DNA of 64,000 nt from Paraglomus brasilianum (Eukaryota). The notes below the pieces were generated by a model that was not told the origin of the DNA, did no database searches, and was given only the letters and a program-made list of their open reading frames with translations. Numbering within the stretch: the stretch's first letter is position 1; each line of letters opens with the position of its first letter. Both the position numbers and the translations under genes were made by a program. The stretch spans positions 1 through 64,000 of the forward strand of contig CAJVPI010000017.1 of the NCBI GenBank assembly GCA_910592345.1, written 5' to 3'. Shown here piece by piece: positions 39,350 through 51,950 of this stretch.

Positions 39350-42300
39350 ATGTTGTGGCGTAGCGGATCCCTGAAATTTGTGTCAATGGGAAAAAGACAA
39401 TGTTTACGCGTCATGTTCTATCCATTCAATAGTCGTCGTTGGTCCCAAGACATTCAACTTCCATGTCAATACGCATATCTTAATTCTTACATGTTTCAAG
39501 TATATGTTGACGATGAAAAGTGCTTGAAAGTTATTTATTACAAATCAGAACAAAAGAACAAGTGGATAAGTGAAGGCGATGTATCTAGCCATAGACTAGA
39601 AAGTATGTATTCATTTAATTGTTCAGATACTCTATGGGTAAATTTTTATGACCAAGGCTGGTCAAGACACTTGTGAATTCTACTAATTAATGTGCACACA
39701 TTGTGGTTACATACATGAGATCTTGAATGTCCAAAAGTTTTTGGTATTTCTGTCGTTACGGATACAAACTTGGGAGTGTAATGTCATGTTTTGCTTAACA
39801 GTTTACAGAAAGAGAATCATGCTGACTCTTTGTTACTACGTGGCTTAGTCTGGCCGTCTTTGCCCTAGTATGTGACTCGTCGAATACTAAATTCTGTCTA
39901 TATCGTCTTGGATACAATCCTTTTCATTGGGAAATCACGTTGCAGAATGAGACGCATGGGGGCGTGTTACATGGTAAGCTTGAATATATATTGTAACTGT
40001 TTTAAATAGCAGGGTATTTGATAATTGAAATAATGTTACCCTCGCAGATGCAATCATTATGGATGGGCCGACCGTTTCTTTCGTTTACTACGATTCTGCA
40101 ATTTCATCTTCTATGATTTATGACCTATTTGATGAGAATAACTACTTTGCTATACTTTGGTTTCCTTGTGGAGATTATATATTGACAAAGTCGATTTGTG
40201 CACATTCAGTACACGGAGTCTGGACAAGCCAACAATCTCTTGTGGATGGCGACATTAATTGTGATTCTCACCACAAGGGTATCTACTTGGTTTATTGCCC
40301 ATTGAATGATTCCTGCGTAAAAACCGTATCTTTTATCGACGACGTATCTGCAGAGGATGTAATGCATCTAAGTAAGATTCCCGGGACTTATTCGAGGAAT
40401 GCAACACATATAGTGGTTTCTCTTGGATTAGAAGGAATGGATACCTTGATCTGGATTGCATCAACACGCGGTCAGGTCATATGCTTGCGGCTTGCTACAA
40501 GAAATCAAAGCTCTCAGAATGTTGTTCATACTCTTTGGTGTAGTGATTTTCCTACTATGCCAATATGGCTGTATGTATTACGCGAACCGGTTGGGTTTCT
40601 ACACAATTATGGCTAATTGACAGAGGCCTTTAACCTGTTAGGAAAGAAGTGCAATTAACAAATGCCGGTGGAGCAAGCGTATCCGCATTAATAATTAAAT
40701 TGGCGGATGGCAAATACGCATTAATGGATTCGGAAAGTGGTGAGCGACAGAAAGGTATTTACGAATTGCCATATACCTTTGTTGAATGACCCCGTTGTGT
40801 CGCGCGTAATGTTAATGTTCATGATGGTCTCGACACAGGGTTTCTTGAGAATGTACAATTAGCTGTTACATCTAAATCTTCTGGATACGATGAAATCGTT
40901 ATCATGTCAACGTCCCACGTAAACAGTCTATATCCGTCAACATGGACATCAATATCATCTATAAACGAATTTATTGACAATAAGGCTATAGCTGTCTCTG
41001 AAACAGGTGATTTTATAATAAACTGTCAAAGATTCAGGCTGCAATGATCATTATGATAAACCTTGTCTAACTGTCATTACTTGTATATCGACATGCAGAA
41101 GTTGAGGAAACCGATATTGCCCACTTGAGATCTGTCTTGGATTCCCTTAAGACTCGAGTATACGAGGGGGAAGCGAAAATCAGAAGATTACAGCTTATGG
41201 TGCACTATTGAGTATTTAGAACAGTCTTAATTTGTCCGCAACAGCAAGCTAACGCGATCTATATTATCGTTCTGGACGCGAAGGTTCAAAGAAAAATAGA
41301 TATTATATTGACGTGTGAAGAAATCTTGGCATCTATGACTTCCTTCTTTGTACAGAATTACTCGCAGAAATTACAAGTTCGAAGGGAAGGGTCGAAATAT
41401 TCAAGTCACGTTCAACTTGGATTATTCCCCTTAATATCAACCAATAAAGCTTACGATATCACTATGCAGACAGAATCGTGCCAGACCCAATCCAACTACG
41501 TCGCAGATCCATTGATTGAAGTTATTGAAGCCAAGGTATCATCGTCAGAAACAATGATAGCAGGACAGCTCGTTTTTGAAACAACAGTTAGAAATTCTAG
41601 CAGGTATTTTCAACACGTTTTGCAGCCTATATGAAACTTCATGCTTTATATTTACTCCATCGTTTTGCAACCACACTTTTAGCAAAGATATATCCTCTCT
41701 CTATTTGATCCCACATATAAGTTATGTTGGAATAATGCTCACGTCGATTGTTAAATCACGATCACTCAGCATCTTGTCTTTGGCGCCGGGCGAGGTGGTA
41801 ACCTTGTCATCAGTAATTGATTTATCACTGGATGCCATAGTCAGCAATTGTGACTTTGGACTGGGAATCTTGTTTAGGAGTATTGGGGATCTGAGTAGTG
41901 AGCAGCACTGGAAATGGATCTTGGTTGAAGATTTAAAGTTTACCACGGCTTCGCTTTGCCGTAAGTATGTAAGATCGAATATTCTGAGCGATGTATTCTC
42001 AATACAGACACTAATGACCTCTTAGACAATGAACAAAGATACCCGGCCGTGCTCAACGTCGATATTTGCACAGTGAAAAACTCTAAACATAACGAAATGA
42101 GTTTGTCCATTTTGCCTTATTTGTTTGAACAGAGTTTCAATATTTACGAATCTTTGGTAAGTGATCAAAACTTGCACAGCCTACTATTTATTGTATTGGA
42201 AATTATCAACGCTGAATATTGTTAATTATAAAGACACTACATGCAAACGAACAATGTTATAAATCAGCAGATGATTCGTGTCATCTAACACTCTCCCGGT

Positions 42301-42706
42301 CAAGCACACGCGGAACTGACCAGCTTGATTTCCAAGCAGCTACTCCAACTCTAACCATTCATGGTCGTAACGATGAACAGGTAATACGGCTATTACAAAC
42401 TATAGGCAATATGCTGCCGGAAGATATCCTTTAATAGACTTGTGGCATTATAAATAGACTATTCCAACAAAGCCTTAACCAGATGCTGTTATACGTCTTG
42501 CAATGTGTTTTCCCGACCCCATGCATTCTTCGAAACGTATGTTTGATCGAATGAGTCATGTCCTGTCGATATTGCAATTAGTGGTCAACCACAACAATCG
42601 GGCAACAGAAACAACGAAAAGAGATGATACAAAAGCCATCGCGAGGCTGATTGACATAAAATGCTTGTTCTGTTCCGTGATCGGAAGGTGGCTTGCCAGC
42701 GCATAG
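39350..42706 (+). CDS. Probable FANCB/FAAP100-like protein, multi-exon, contains a U12 AT-AC intron
   Basis: About 11 spliceable exons. Beta-rich N-terminal half, central coiled coil (LRSVLDSLKTRVYEGEAKIRRLQLMVQRKIDIILTCEEILASM) resembling the FANCB coiled coil as I recall it, then beta-sandwich-like and helical C-terminal parts. The gene is well supported; the family call is inferred. Confidence 0.5.
42424..42494 (+). other. U12-type (minor spliceosome) AT-AC intron
   Basis: 5' ATATCCTTT, branch site CCTTAAC (42473-42479), 3' TAC 16 nt after the branch A. Removal restores the frame (..LPE G LAMCF..). Confidence 0.9.
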
Positions 42707-44592
42707 GTGGTATTAATAAAGTCACTATAAATATATTATATCAGTTGATTTATTGAGTAAAAGAAGAAGATTATAATTATTTACTCTAATAACCGAAGAC
42801 GGCGGCACTGTATTGAGTGATAATAATGAACAATGTATTTCCATCGACGAAAGACGATTCGTGATCGAACTTCCAAACGTCACAATGGTGTCTCTATTGT
42901 TCTTGGATTCTGTGCTTTATTCGAATCAATAGCTCGCTTGTTGATTTTTGATTAGATTGTAATAGTCCGAGGGTTACTACCATTAGCAATCAAGAAAATT
43001 GAAGTCCAGTCGAAGGAACAAAGTAGGTAGTAACGATATATATTGTTGTCTACTTTTGGCTAAATTACTAGACGATTATTTAATCTAATCACGAGTCGGA
43101 CAACGTGATAAGTCGAGTCTGCCTGTAGTAATTGCTTCTGGGCCTTTTTGTAAAACATCACAGTCTACATCGTATCGCTCACAACGTTTACGCTTGTGAA
43201 TAAAACGACGCGCTTAAAAGTGTTTTAGAATTGAAAAATATAAAATGGTTGTCTTTTGACTTTTAACATCTAATTTTTAACTATTTTACTTGCGCATATA
43301 AATGTATGCAAATTACTGTTACCTTACATTAATACTGTATAGGAAAGTGCCAAGGCCCGTGTCGTGCTTAAGAAGGAGACAATACGTGCGCGCTTTGGGA
43401 GAGCGTTTGTAGTGAAGTAATACATTGCGCGTTGGAGAAAAGTAGCCAAGGTGTGTCTGGCTATACAAGTGTACGGGTGTCGCGTCCACATGGTTTGGAG
43501 TTATTGCTTAGCACCATTATCTGGACTCAATTTTATAGGTTATGTACGCAGTAAGAAGTGTGATCTGAACAACAATCTTTTTCTTGGTAACATATTAAAT
43601 AAGACGGAGTTTGTGTATTGTAATTGTTTCCAAAAAGGATGGTTAGTATAACTCATTACTCTTATACATAATTAGTAACAAGGGCGCTTTCTGTCCATGA
43701 CGGATATGTTTTTGTTTGCGAGTGTATTCGCCCTGCTTTTGTTAATATTAAGACTATATCTTATCTCTCTTCCTATACTTTTATATATTGACCTCCTGAC
43801 ATTCTTGTCTCGTTTAACCTCCCCGCTTGACCTCTAATTAATACCACAAACAGTAAAATTCTGCAACTACTGCAACTTATAAAACTCATTGTCCAATAAT
43901 TGGGTTTTGCCACTCGGTCAGATTTCTAACTCAAAACATTGTATTTTTTGTTAAATGTCCAATTATATTGGTAGATTTTAGCCAAACATATAATTGTGCT
44001 GCAAGTAGAATTTAGTCGAACAATGATAATGACAACTACTCTAAGACGTAAAAACAAAATAATGCACTGTAAGATAAAGACGCTTCTTAACAAATGAACC
44101 TCCATAATAATAAGTCGAATACCTCAATTAATAAAAGGTTTGCCATTTAATATTAAAGAATAAGTGTTACCAAACAATCTTAATTCTTGATTCGAAAACC
44201 ATGACACCACTGCCGGTCCTTCTATTAAGAATAAACATCTAATCCATTATCTGGTAATAAAACTCCGATCAATTACTGTTGAATACATAGTCAAATTCGA
44301 TAAGATAAAGTGATGGCTGGTGGTAATGGTTTATGGTTTTAAGCTACAGAGGTTTATATGTACTGCTACTTGGGACTGTTTGCTGTTTCTGATTTTGATA
44401 TATTTTTTTATAAGCGCATAATGTTGTCTTCTTTTGTAGTCCTGTTATAGTCTTTTTTTTTTACTCGCCACGTTACACAGTAAGTTACATAACTATACTT
44501 ATTGTGGCGTGTCCCAAGTTTTGTGCAGCATAAATCACCCCCCAAAAAATTTTTCTGCTAAAACATTTGACCTCAGTTGAAAAAAGCAAGGC

Positions 44593-44857
44593 ATGGTATG
44601 CAATAATCTACCCGTATAGCTTCCTTCAATCACACTTACTAATTACTTTTTAATAGGATACCAAACAACCCGTAAAACTTGCCAAAGTTATTAAAGTCCT
44701 TGGCCGAACTGGCTCTCGAGGTGGTGTCACTCAAGTCCGCGTCGAATTTATGGACGATACAACCCGTTCTATTATCCGCAACGTAAAAGGTCCAGTCCGT
44801 GAAAATGACATACTATGTCTACTGGAATCGGAACGAGAAGCGAGAAGACTTCGTTGA
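44593..44857 (+). CDS. RPS28: 40S ribosomal protein S28 (eS28)
   Basis: ATG | intron 44596-44656 | [66 protein letters not shown]. Confidence 0.99.
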
Positions 44858-45041
44858 GTCTGACGCGGGAGCGTTTATTGTGTCGCACTATGTATTTTGA
44901 CAATTACGGTATCTAGCAAATATATTAAAGATCGTGTTTCTCTGGAGAACCAAAGGCAGGTTTATTTAAAAACTATGTTCGATTTTAATGAGTTGGAGTT
45001 ATATTTGTAATTCTTTACAAAAAAAAAACATAGTATTAGAT

Positions 45042-46478
45042 TCAGGTTATGGCAATTACGTCCGAGTTTCGTTGTTGATATTTTGCATTGTACAAGAATG
45101 TCCTACTGAATAATAGTAGTTCATCCTGTATTTCTGGGTTCTGATGCAAATGCAATGCGATCCAATGTTGTAGCGCTAAGCGCAACTGGTTATCGGGAAT
45201 ATCAACAGATTTACTGCAAAAACAATAATAGTATCAATGAATCGAAGTACAAATAATAGGACAAGTCATGGAGATTGCAAAAACTTACATTCCTCGCTCC
45301 TCACTTGCTTGCTTAAGTTCATCGAGTGTCAATGTTTTTATTCCTTCCTTTGCAATTAGCTTGTTACAAATTGAGAAACCATAACATTAATATTTGCAGA
45401 GAATGCCAATCACTATATGGGAGAAGGACAAACCATGTCATCGCCAAACAGGTAATCGAGGCGATTCTCTAGTCTACGTTTTAGCATGTTCTTTGTACCA
45501 AAACGACTCAATCCCATAAACCTATATAACACATTGGAATCTATTAACAGAAGAAAGAAAAACAATGGAACAAAAGATTATTTCCTATTTTTACCTGCAA
45601 AGGTCAACCAAGAGCTGCTTGGGAAATTTCGCCAAATATAGTTTATCGCCTATCTGACGACTCAATCGTATAACGCTTGATATATCTTGGAAATCTTTTC
45701 TGGCTATCTACAATCAAACGATTCCGTTAGTTGCGTAAAATATCAACCTTTATTATACGAATAAACAATCGACATGCCACAGCATCTGATGTTGCAAGCA
45801 ATTTATCGCATATAGCCTGTCGAGTTTCATGGATTTTCCGTCTACGCTTTTCCTATGTTAATGATAGTCAGCCAACATGTGTGAACAAATTTCTCAGTCA
45901 TCAAACGACACATACCAATTGTGCAGGTAGAATACACGTGCTTGGTATCAACCCAGGTGCAAAAAAGATAGCAAAAGGTATAGCTTCCGGAATGATAAAT
46001 AGTATCAGACCAAATGGAAGCAACCGCTTCATATCCCTCCGCGTTGTCCTGATCTGATTTAAAAAAGTCAAAGGAAAATGTAATTATATACAATAACGAT
46101 TCTAGTACTTGGTCTTTGTATTCGAGAGCACAGCTTTTGTCTGGAAGCAACAACTCGACTGTACGTACAGATATGATGCAAAAACAATGCTCTCACCAGG
46201 TGAATTTCTCTTCGATTCAAATCGGAAAACTCTTTGCGAAATTTTCGTGTCAGAGCAGCGGACAATCTGTAATTCGCGAAAAGCTGCTTTATCCCATTCT
46301 TATAAAATATTGCCATTTCCTTGGCGCGCGTAAAGTAGCCTTTTTTCTTTTTATCAGTGGATGGATCATTTGTAGGGCTATTCGTTGTGTAAAATCGGGA
46401 AGGTAATGTGATCGTATTTGGGCTAACAGAGAGGGGGAGAGAGGGGAGAGAGATTATGTGTAAAGGATAAATAATCAT
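45042..46478 (-). CDS. LETM1-like (ribosome-binding domain) mitochondrial protein
   Basis: FYKNGIKQLFAN..LNRREIHL|IRTTRRDMKRLLPFGLILFIIPEAIPFAIFFAPGLIPSTC..LDYLFGDD..LTLDELKQASEERGI..LQHWI. TGA at 45042-45044. Confidence 0.85.
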
Positions 46479-48265
46479 GAAATTAAGAAAAGCCGGAATA
46501 GATACAAAATGACATACCCCTTGATGTATTTTCTTCCGGGCAGTAGTCTGATGTTCACCAAGTGCTGATGAAGTGCCTCTCTATGCATTGTTTAGAAGCA
46601 AACTCGTTAATCACATTCGATCTTCTTCATCTGTAAGCGTATCCCGTTCAATTCCGGTAGTTACGTTCGCATACCGTATAAAAAATCCAAAACGGGATGT
46701 CATTTCTTCAAGCACGGTGAACTTTCTAAATGCTCTCTCTAAACTCTATTTTATATTCCTTAACCTTTGGTTAACATTACAGCACGTGCATGTAAGAAAA
46801 TAATTTCTGCAAACGAACACGTGACTCGGCTCGATGAAAAAAAAAAGGGTTTATTATCCCTAATTGACAAAGCAAGTATATTTTCTTCCCTTTTTATAAT
46901 AATAACTTATATACGAGTCGACAACTTTATTAAAAATGTGTAAATTATTTAGTCAGCGATAGTTCATATTAGAAAGGCATCGTTTTCTGAGAGGATGTAC
47001 AGTGCGCGAAAAAAGTTTTGGATAACATTTTTGCAACGAGAATTACAGATATGCTCTCCATCGTACAACACATCAAATTAACATAAGTGCTTTCTCCAAA
47101 AACTTTTATTTTTAAGCTTTATACTTAGAAGTTAATTTATGTAAAGTGTAGGCATCTTGAGTACCATGTTGCCCATAGAGTAGTTATGATCTTGCGACGT
47201 CAGTCAATCAAAACCTTGTCGTTGTATTTTAATAACAAAACGAAAAGTGTAAATAATAAAACAAATAGCCCAAGTTACAAAGTTATGTGACTGAGTTTTT
47301 TGTCGATGTTACATGCATAAGAATAGAACGCACAAAACGTATTAGTATTAGTTGGCTTTTTTGATTAGACGCGTATTTTGGAAGGAAATAAGGCCTATGC
47401 ATTTCATTCTTTTCGCGCACTGTATAAACCAATATGTAACATGTGCTGTTAATAACATCAATATAACAAGTCGCTGCTTCGGACATTAGTCTATTAACTA
47501 AATAAACCTTCTTACTATTGAATAGTATTTATCCGGTTTGCGTAAATCCAACAAACCATAATTACAATAATGCATGCGTCTCCTTAAAATTGACATGACG
47601 CGCTATTTAAATTTTACTTTACTACGCCCTTTTATCTCTTACAATGCATAATATTCCGTAAATCAATCGTAAACTAAAGGATTGTTCCGTAAGTTTTAAT
47701 TACAGTAGTGTGCAGAAAACCAAACCTGTGATGTAAAACTTGCCCAATTTTGATCCAATTTGTATCGTGTAAAATATAAATAAAAGCTTATTTACTAAAC
47801 AATAAATTTAATTATTTATCTTTAAAGTTTAAGCGTGAAAACATACATATATAAAGAACCAGCATCAGACCATATTACATTTTTGGAAGCAGGGACATGT
47901 ATTTAATGAAGAATTGAAAGTTTATAGCAGAGGAATGGCATGCCATTCCACAGCGTTATTTGATAAAAGGCAGTATGATAAAATTAATGAAAACAAATTT
48001 ATATGTTCAATTAAAGCTTTTATGTAATTACAAAACATGCTTATTGGTGTGACCATTGTAAAACTATGGTGTAGGTGATTTAAGGCTTTGTAAAAAAATT
48101 GGTTGCTCACATATGTGACATTGCAATAATACATGGTTTATAATTCCCACACAGAACATATTAATATACATCTGTTCCATTACTTGTATAAAGTAAAATT
48201 TTTAAACTTTACATCTTAAATTATTATTCAATAAAAGCTGAATCCATTTCTCAAAGAAAAAAATA

Positions 48266-48349
48266 CAGTCAACCCCTGTCTATAGTCTCTTTGTCCATAG
48301 TCACACCTGTGCGTATGCCAGTTTCCTAGTAAACTACCTTGTCTATAGT
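48266..48349. mobile_element. End of a Tc1/pogo-type MITE related to 6416-6588
   Basis: TA|CAGTCAACCCCTGTCTATAGTC..ATAGTCACACC..TGCCAGTTTC..TGTCTATAGT aligns with the reverse complement of the 6416-6588 right arm. Confidence 0.65.
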
Positions 48350-48774
48350 TACTATTTTTCAAATTTGTTATATTGCCAAACAGTGTGATTACAGACAAAT
48401 TTCACTGTATAATCTTTGACGCGGAGGACTATTTTAGAATACAGGGAATAGTAAGAATTAACATTTTTGTCTTCAACGCAGACAGTCGGCTATTGCTCAA
48501 CATTTTGGCAACATTGGTGAAAATTATAGAGACCAGCATCAAACCTCCCCATTTTTATTACTGATATTATAATGCAAATCAGTATCAAAATTTCGGCTCC
48601 GTCTAAATGTCATTTTCGTCATTAATTCTTTGGTTCTAAATACAGTATGTAACAAATAATAGAGTATGTGTTTATACTTACTGATAAAAATGCGTATAAC
48701 CTTTTCAGTAATAATGTAATTCGCGTCATTAAAATATATATATATAGAACGTCTCAAAAGTCTCCGATTACTCT

Positions 48775-48885
48775 GTATTTGTGAATAACAGCATTAGAAA
48801 GAGTGGGAAAATATTCCACAAGAAGTATATCAAAATTTTATTCCAAGTAGAGTGAAAGCAGTATTAAAGCTGAGGTTATTTTGAT
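48775..48885 (+). mobile_element. Tc1-like transposase C-terminal relic
   Basis: Frameshift-corrected TALE..EWENIPQEVYQNFIPSRVKAVLK matches the Tc1 'EWxxIP...SMPxRxxAVIKAKG' tail. A similar piece (IAEEWHAIPQ) lies near 47920. Confidence 0.6.
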
Positions 48886-50577
48886 TATACATATACTCAA
48901 CATGGTTCAATTCAAATTTATTACAAAATTATTAAAATTAGTAAAATTTTAATATGTTAATTTCTCGTCAACAAAGCAAAATATTTTGATTAAATTTTTT
49001 GTGGTCAATAGCGGTTGTTTTGGCGTTCAATTATATAAAATTTAGATACGGTTTATATATGTTTTTTATGTTGTGTATCCCGATTACAATATTTTTAGTT
49101 GAGTAAAGTAGGTTATACGTAAGTTTGTAAACTCGATATCCAACATACCACAATTTTGTCTTGTTTTCCTATTTACGTAGCTCAATGAAACAAAAACTGG
49201 TGAACCCAGACTATATTAAATAAATCTATGGATTATAAGCCTTTATTTAAAATTGCAAACATAATAATTGACACATGGCTATTGTAAAATCATGATTTAA
49301 AAATAGCGCTTTTTGTTACACAATGCACATACAATATACACGTAAATAGGTGAGTAACACATCAAAAGTGTCAGTTAAACGAAATGCAATTATTAACTCG
49401 CACCTTATTTATTATACACTAACGTAAGCAGATACAAAAGAAGGACCACCGGATACCGACTAATCGAAACATCGATTGGGAAACGGCTTTCGGTAGAAGT
49501 AGGTTTCTAAATATGTCAATCAACTCGACATGTATTAATTCATTGTTTACTGGCTTTGATTTATGTCAAAACTAGTAAAATATCAACGGGTGCTTATATT
49601 TATGCAGTAAATAATACAGTAGTCTTCCAGGGCCTTAATTGAGCAATGCTGTAGTAAAAGCAGTAGTAAGCACTAAGGTCTGTTTATAACGGCTTTCTTA
49701 AACTAAAATAATTGTAACAACACCCTGGGGCTTAGCAATTTACTACTCTACTAAATTCCGAATGTTCTACAAAGAATGCCATCTGCATATGTTCATTCGT
49801 AGATCTTTTGCAGTCGTACTTAAAAAGAGTCTTTTTTTTTTTTACAATAGACAGCATTTTTGACTCGATTAACGATCGCCCGCATGCGATCCGTGCGACA
49901 TCACGTCGGAGTCGAACCTCCATGATTCAGAGGACTCGTAATTATATAATCCATTCTGTTTATACATTATTTTTTTTTTTCTCACAAAAAAAATTTATCG
50001 TTTACGCCTGGAAAGGATTTAAGCAAACAGTATTTAACATGAAAAGTCAAATATGTAAAAGTTATAAGAAATCATGAAAGCAAGCAATTAAAGTATTACA
50101 ATATAAGAAATTAACAAAGTAAAAATCTTAACAAGTATTATATATATAAGAAAGTAAAGGGCTGGACAAATAGAATCAACTTTGCGCCTCAGCCGTCATA
50201 GTTGTCATTCATTTGTTGGTATGGTAACAATTGTGAACTTTAATCATGTTGATTTTTTTTCATCGACGCACGTAAACTTTCGAGGGCATAATTTTCATGT
50301 GCTATTATCCAACACAGTCGCTACTTTGATTCTGGGGGCCCATTCCGTGCATGCACTGGTTCGGCGTTTATAGAGTTGTTATTGGTTCGAGCTGCGACAT
50401 AGTAGTAGCGATGCGTTGATCGACAAAATGTTGCATCAAAGAATGAAACGCTTAAATGCAGTCACTACTTCTCTTTGCCTATTTCCCTGCTTCGACTACC
50501 GCTATCCTTTTATCATTACACCATATTGGCACGGCATTCGTCAGTTCACTCTTTATCCATCATTTCCGTAACCAACG

Positions 50578-51950
50578 ATGAGTAGCGACTACTGCCGTAG
50601 ACAAAAAACGTCCAAAAACACCCTTACACGCGCTCGTACATGTCCTTCAATCCGTAAGAAAATACCCCCCAGGAAACAATCATTCGACTCATGTGGTAAA
50701 TAATAGTGACAAAATATTAATAAAAACGAGCGAAAACATTATCAAAAGTAGAACGTACATATATATTGTGTCACATAATTTTATCTTAAATTGTTTCACG
50801 CGATAATCAGCAGAGTATTTCGCTAATTATTCAGCTCATTAAAATAAATGCACTTTTTTTATATTATTGTACAGACCTCCGTGGTCCATGCCGTTATGAA
50901 AGTTCCCTTGTTCTGCTCACGAAGAAATTTGTGCGCATGTTAAGGAATTCGTTAGATGGCGTCTTGGATCTAAACAACGCCGTCGTTGAATTGAACGTCA
51001 AGAAGCGACGCATTTATGATATCACAAACGTCCTCGAAGGGATTGGATTAATCGAAAAGAATTCTAAAAACCATGTGCGTTGGAAGTAAGTCATCAAAAT
51101 CAATTCACTGCAACGCTACTGTGAATCAATCAGCTCAACAATATTATTTATTTTTAACAAAGAGGCGCAATTTCGTCGTCGACAAGCTCGAGTTTCAAGC
51201 GACGAATTGAAGATCTAAAAAAGCGCAACGCCGATCTTGAGACACAGTGCCAGAATATTGCGGAAAGTAGGGATGAAATTGATGCCGACATTAAAAAGAT
51301 GTTTGAATCAGAAGAAACAAACAGGTTCTTATTATATCACGTGATATTTGTTGCTTGTCAAATATGCACCATATAATCTTATCATTTATTTGAATATACA
51401 GATTAGCAGTCTTGTATCGGTCTGACATTCAGAACCTCACGCATCTAGAAAGTGACGACGACCTTATTGTCGTAAACTGGCATCACGATAGTTTAATACA
51501 CATTGGAAAATCAATCGAGGTAGTAACAATGATCGTTCGTAATGTTTCGATAGAACGTGAATTTTGACCCACATCAACACTCCATCTAATAAGGACGACC
51601 AATCCAATCGGTGCACCCACAAACTCTCAATCAAACATCCCGACAATCCATCCATCAATATCAATCCCCTACCCCCTCTCTATCCCAACCACCATTTCTC
51701 AAATGGTCTTTCTCGATTAAACTTATGTCCTGCTGGTCTTCAAAGCAGGCAGCTTCACAATACTGGATTACCAGTTAACGCGATCAATGATCGTGTCCTT
51801 CACTCTCAAGAATCGACACTGGATTACTCATACGCATATATAGCTCAAGCTCCGACTCCGATTTCTCCAAATAGTTGCGAGTTCAATAACCACAGTGACG
51901 ATAATCGTTTCGATAATTGTCAGGATCACCAGAAAGATCGTAACGAGTGA
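50578..51950 (+). CDS. E2F: E2F family transcription factor
   Basis: [57 protein letters not shown], then a coiled coil and marked-box-like LAVLYRSDI. Introns at 50696-50874, ~51086-51162, 51325-51401 and 51520-51594. Confidence 0.95.

Noticed and set aside
43131..43171. Resemblance to the U2 snRNA 5' end (ATTGCTTCTGGGCCTTTTTG..)
   Set aside because: The branch-recognition GTAGTA is not preserved and the downstream U2 elements are absent; at best a dead fragment.
44308..44396. GTGATGG..CTGA C/D-like pair upstream of RPS28
   Set aside because: Imperfect C box, weak terminal stem and no rRNA guide recognised.
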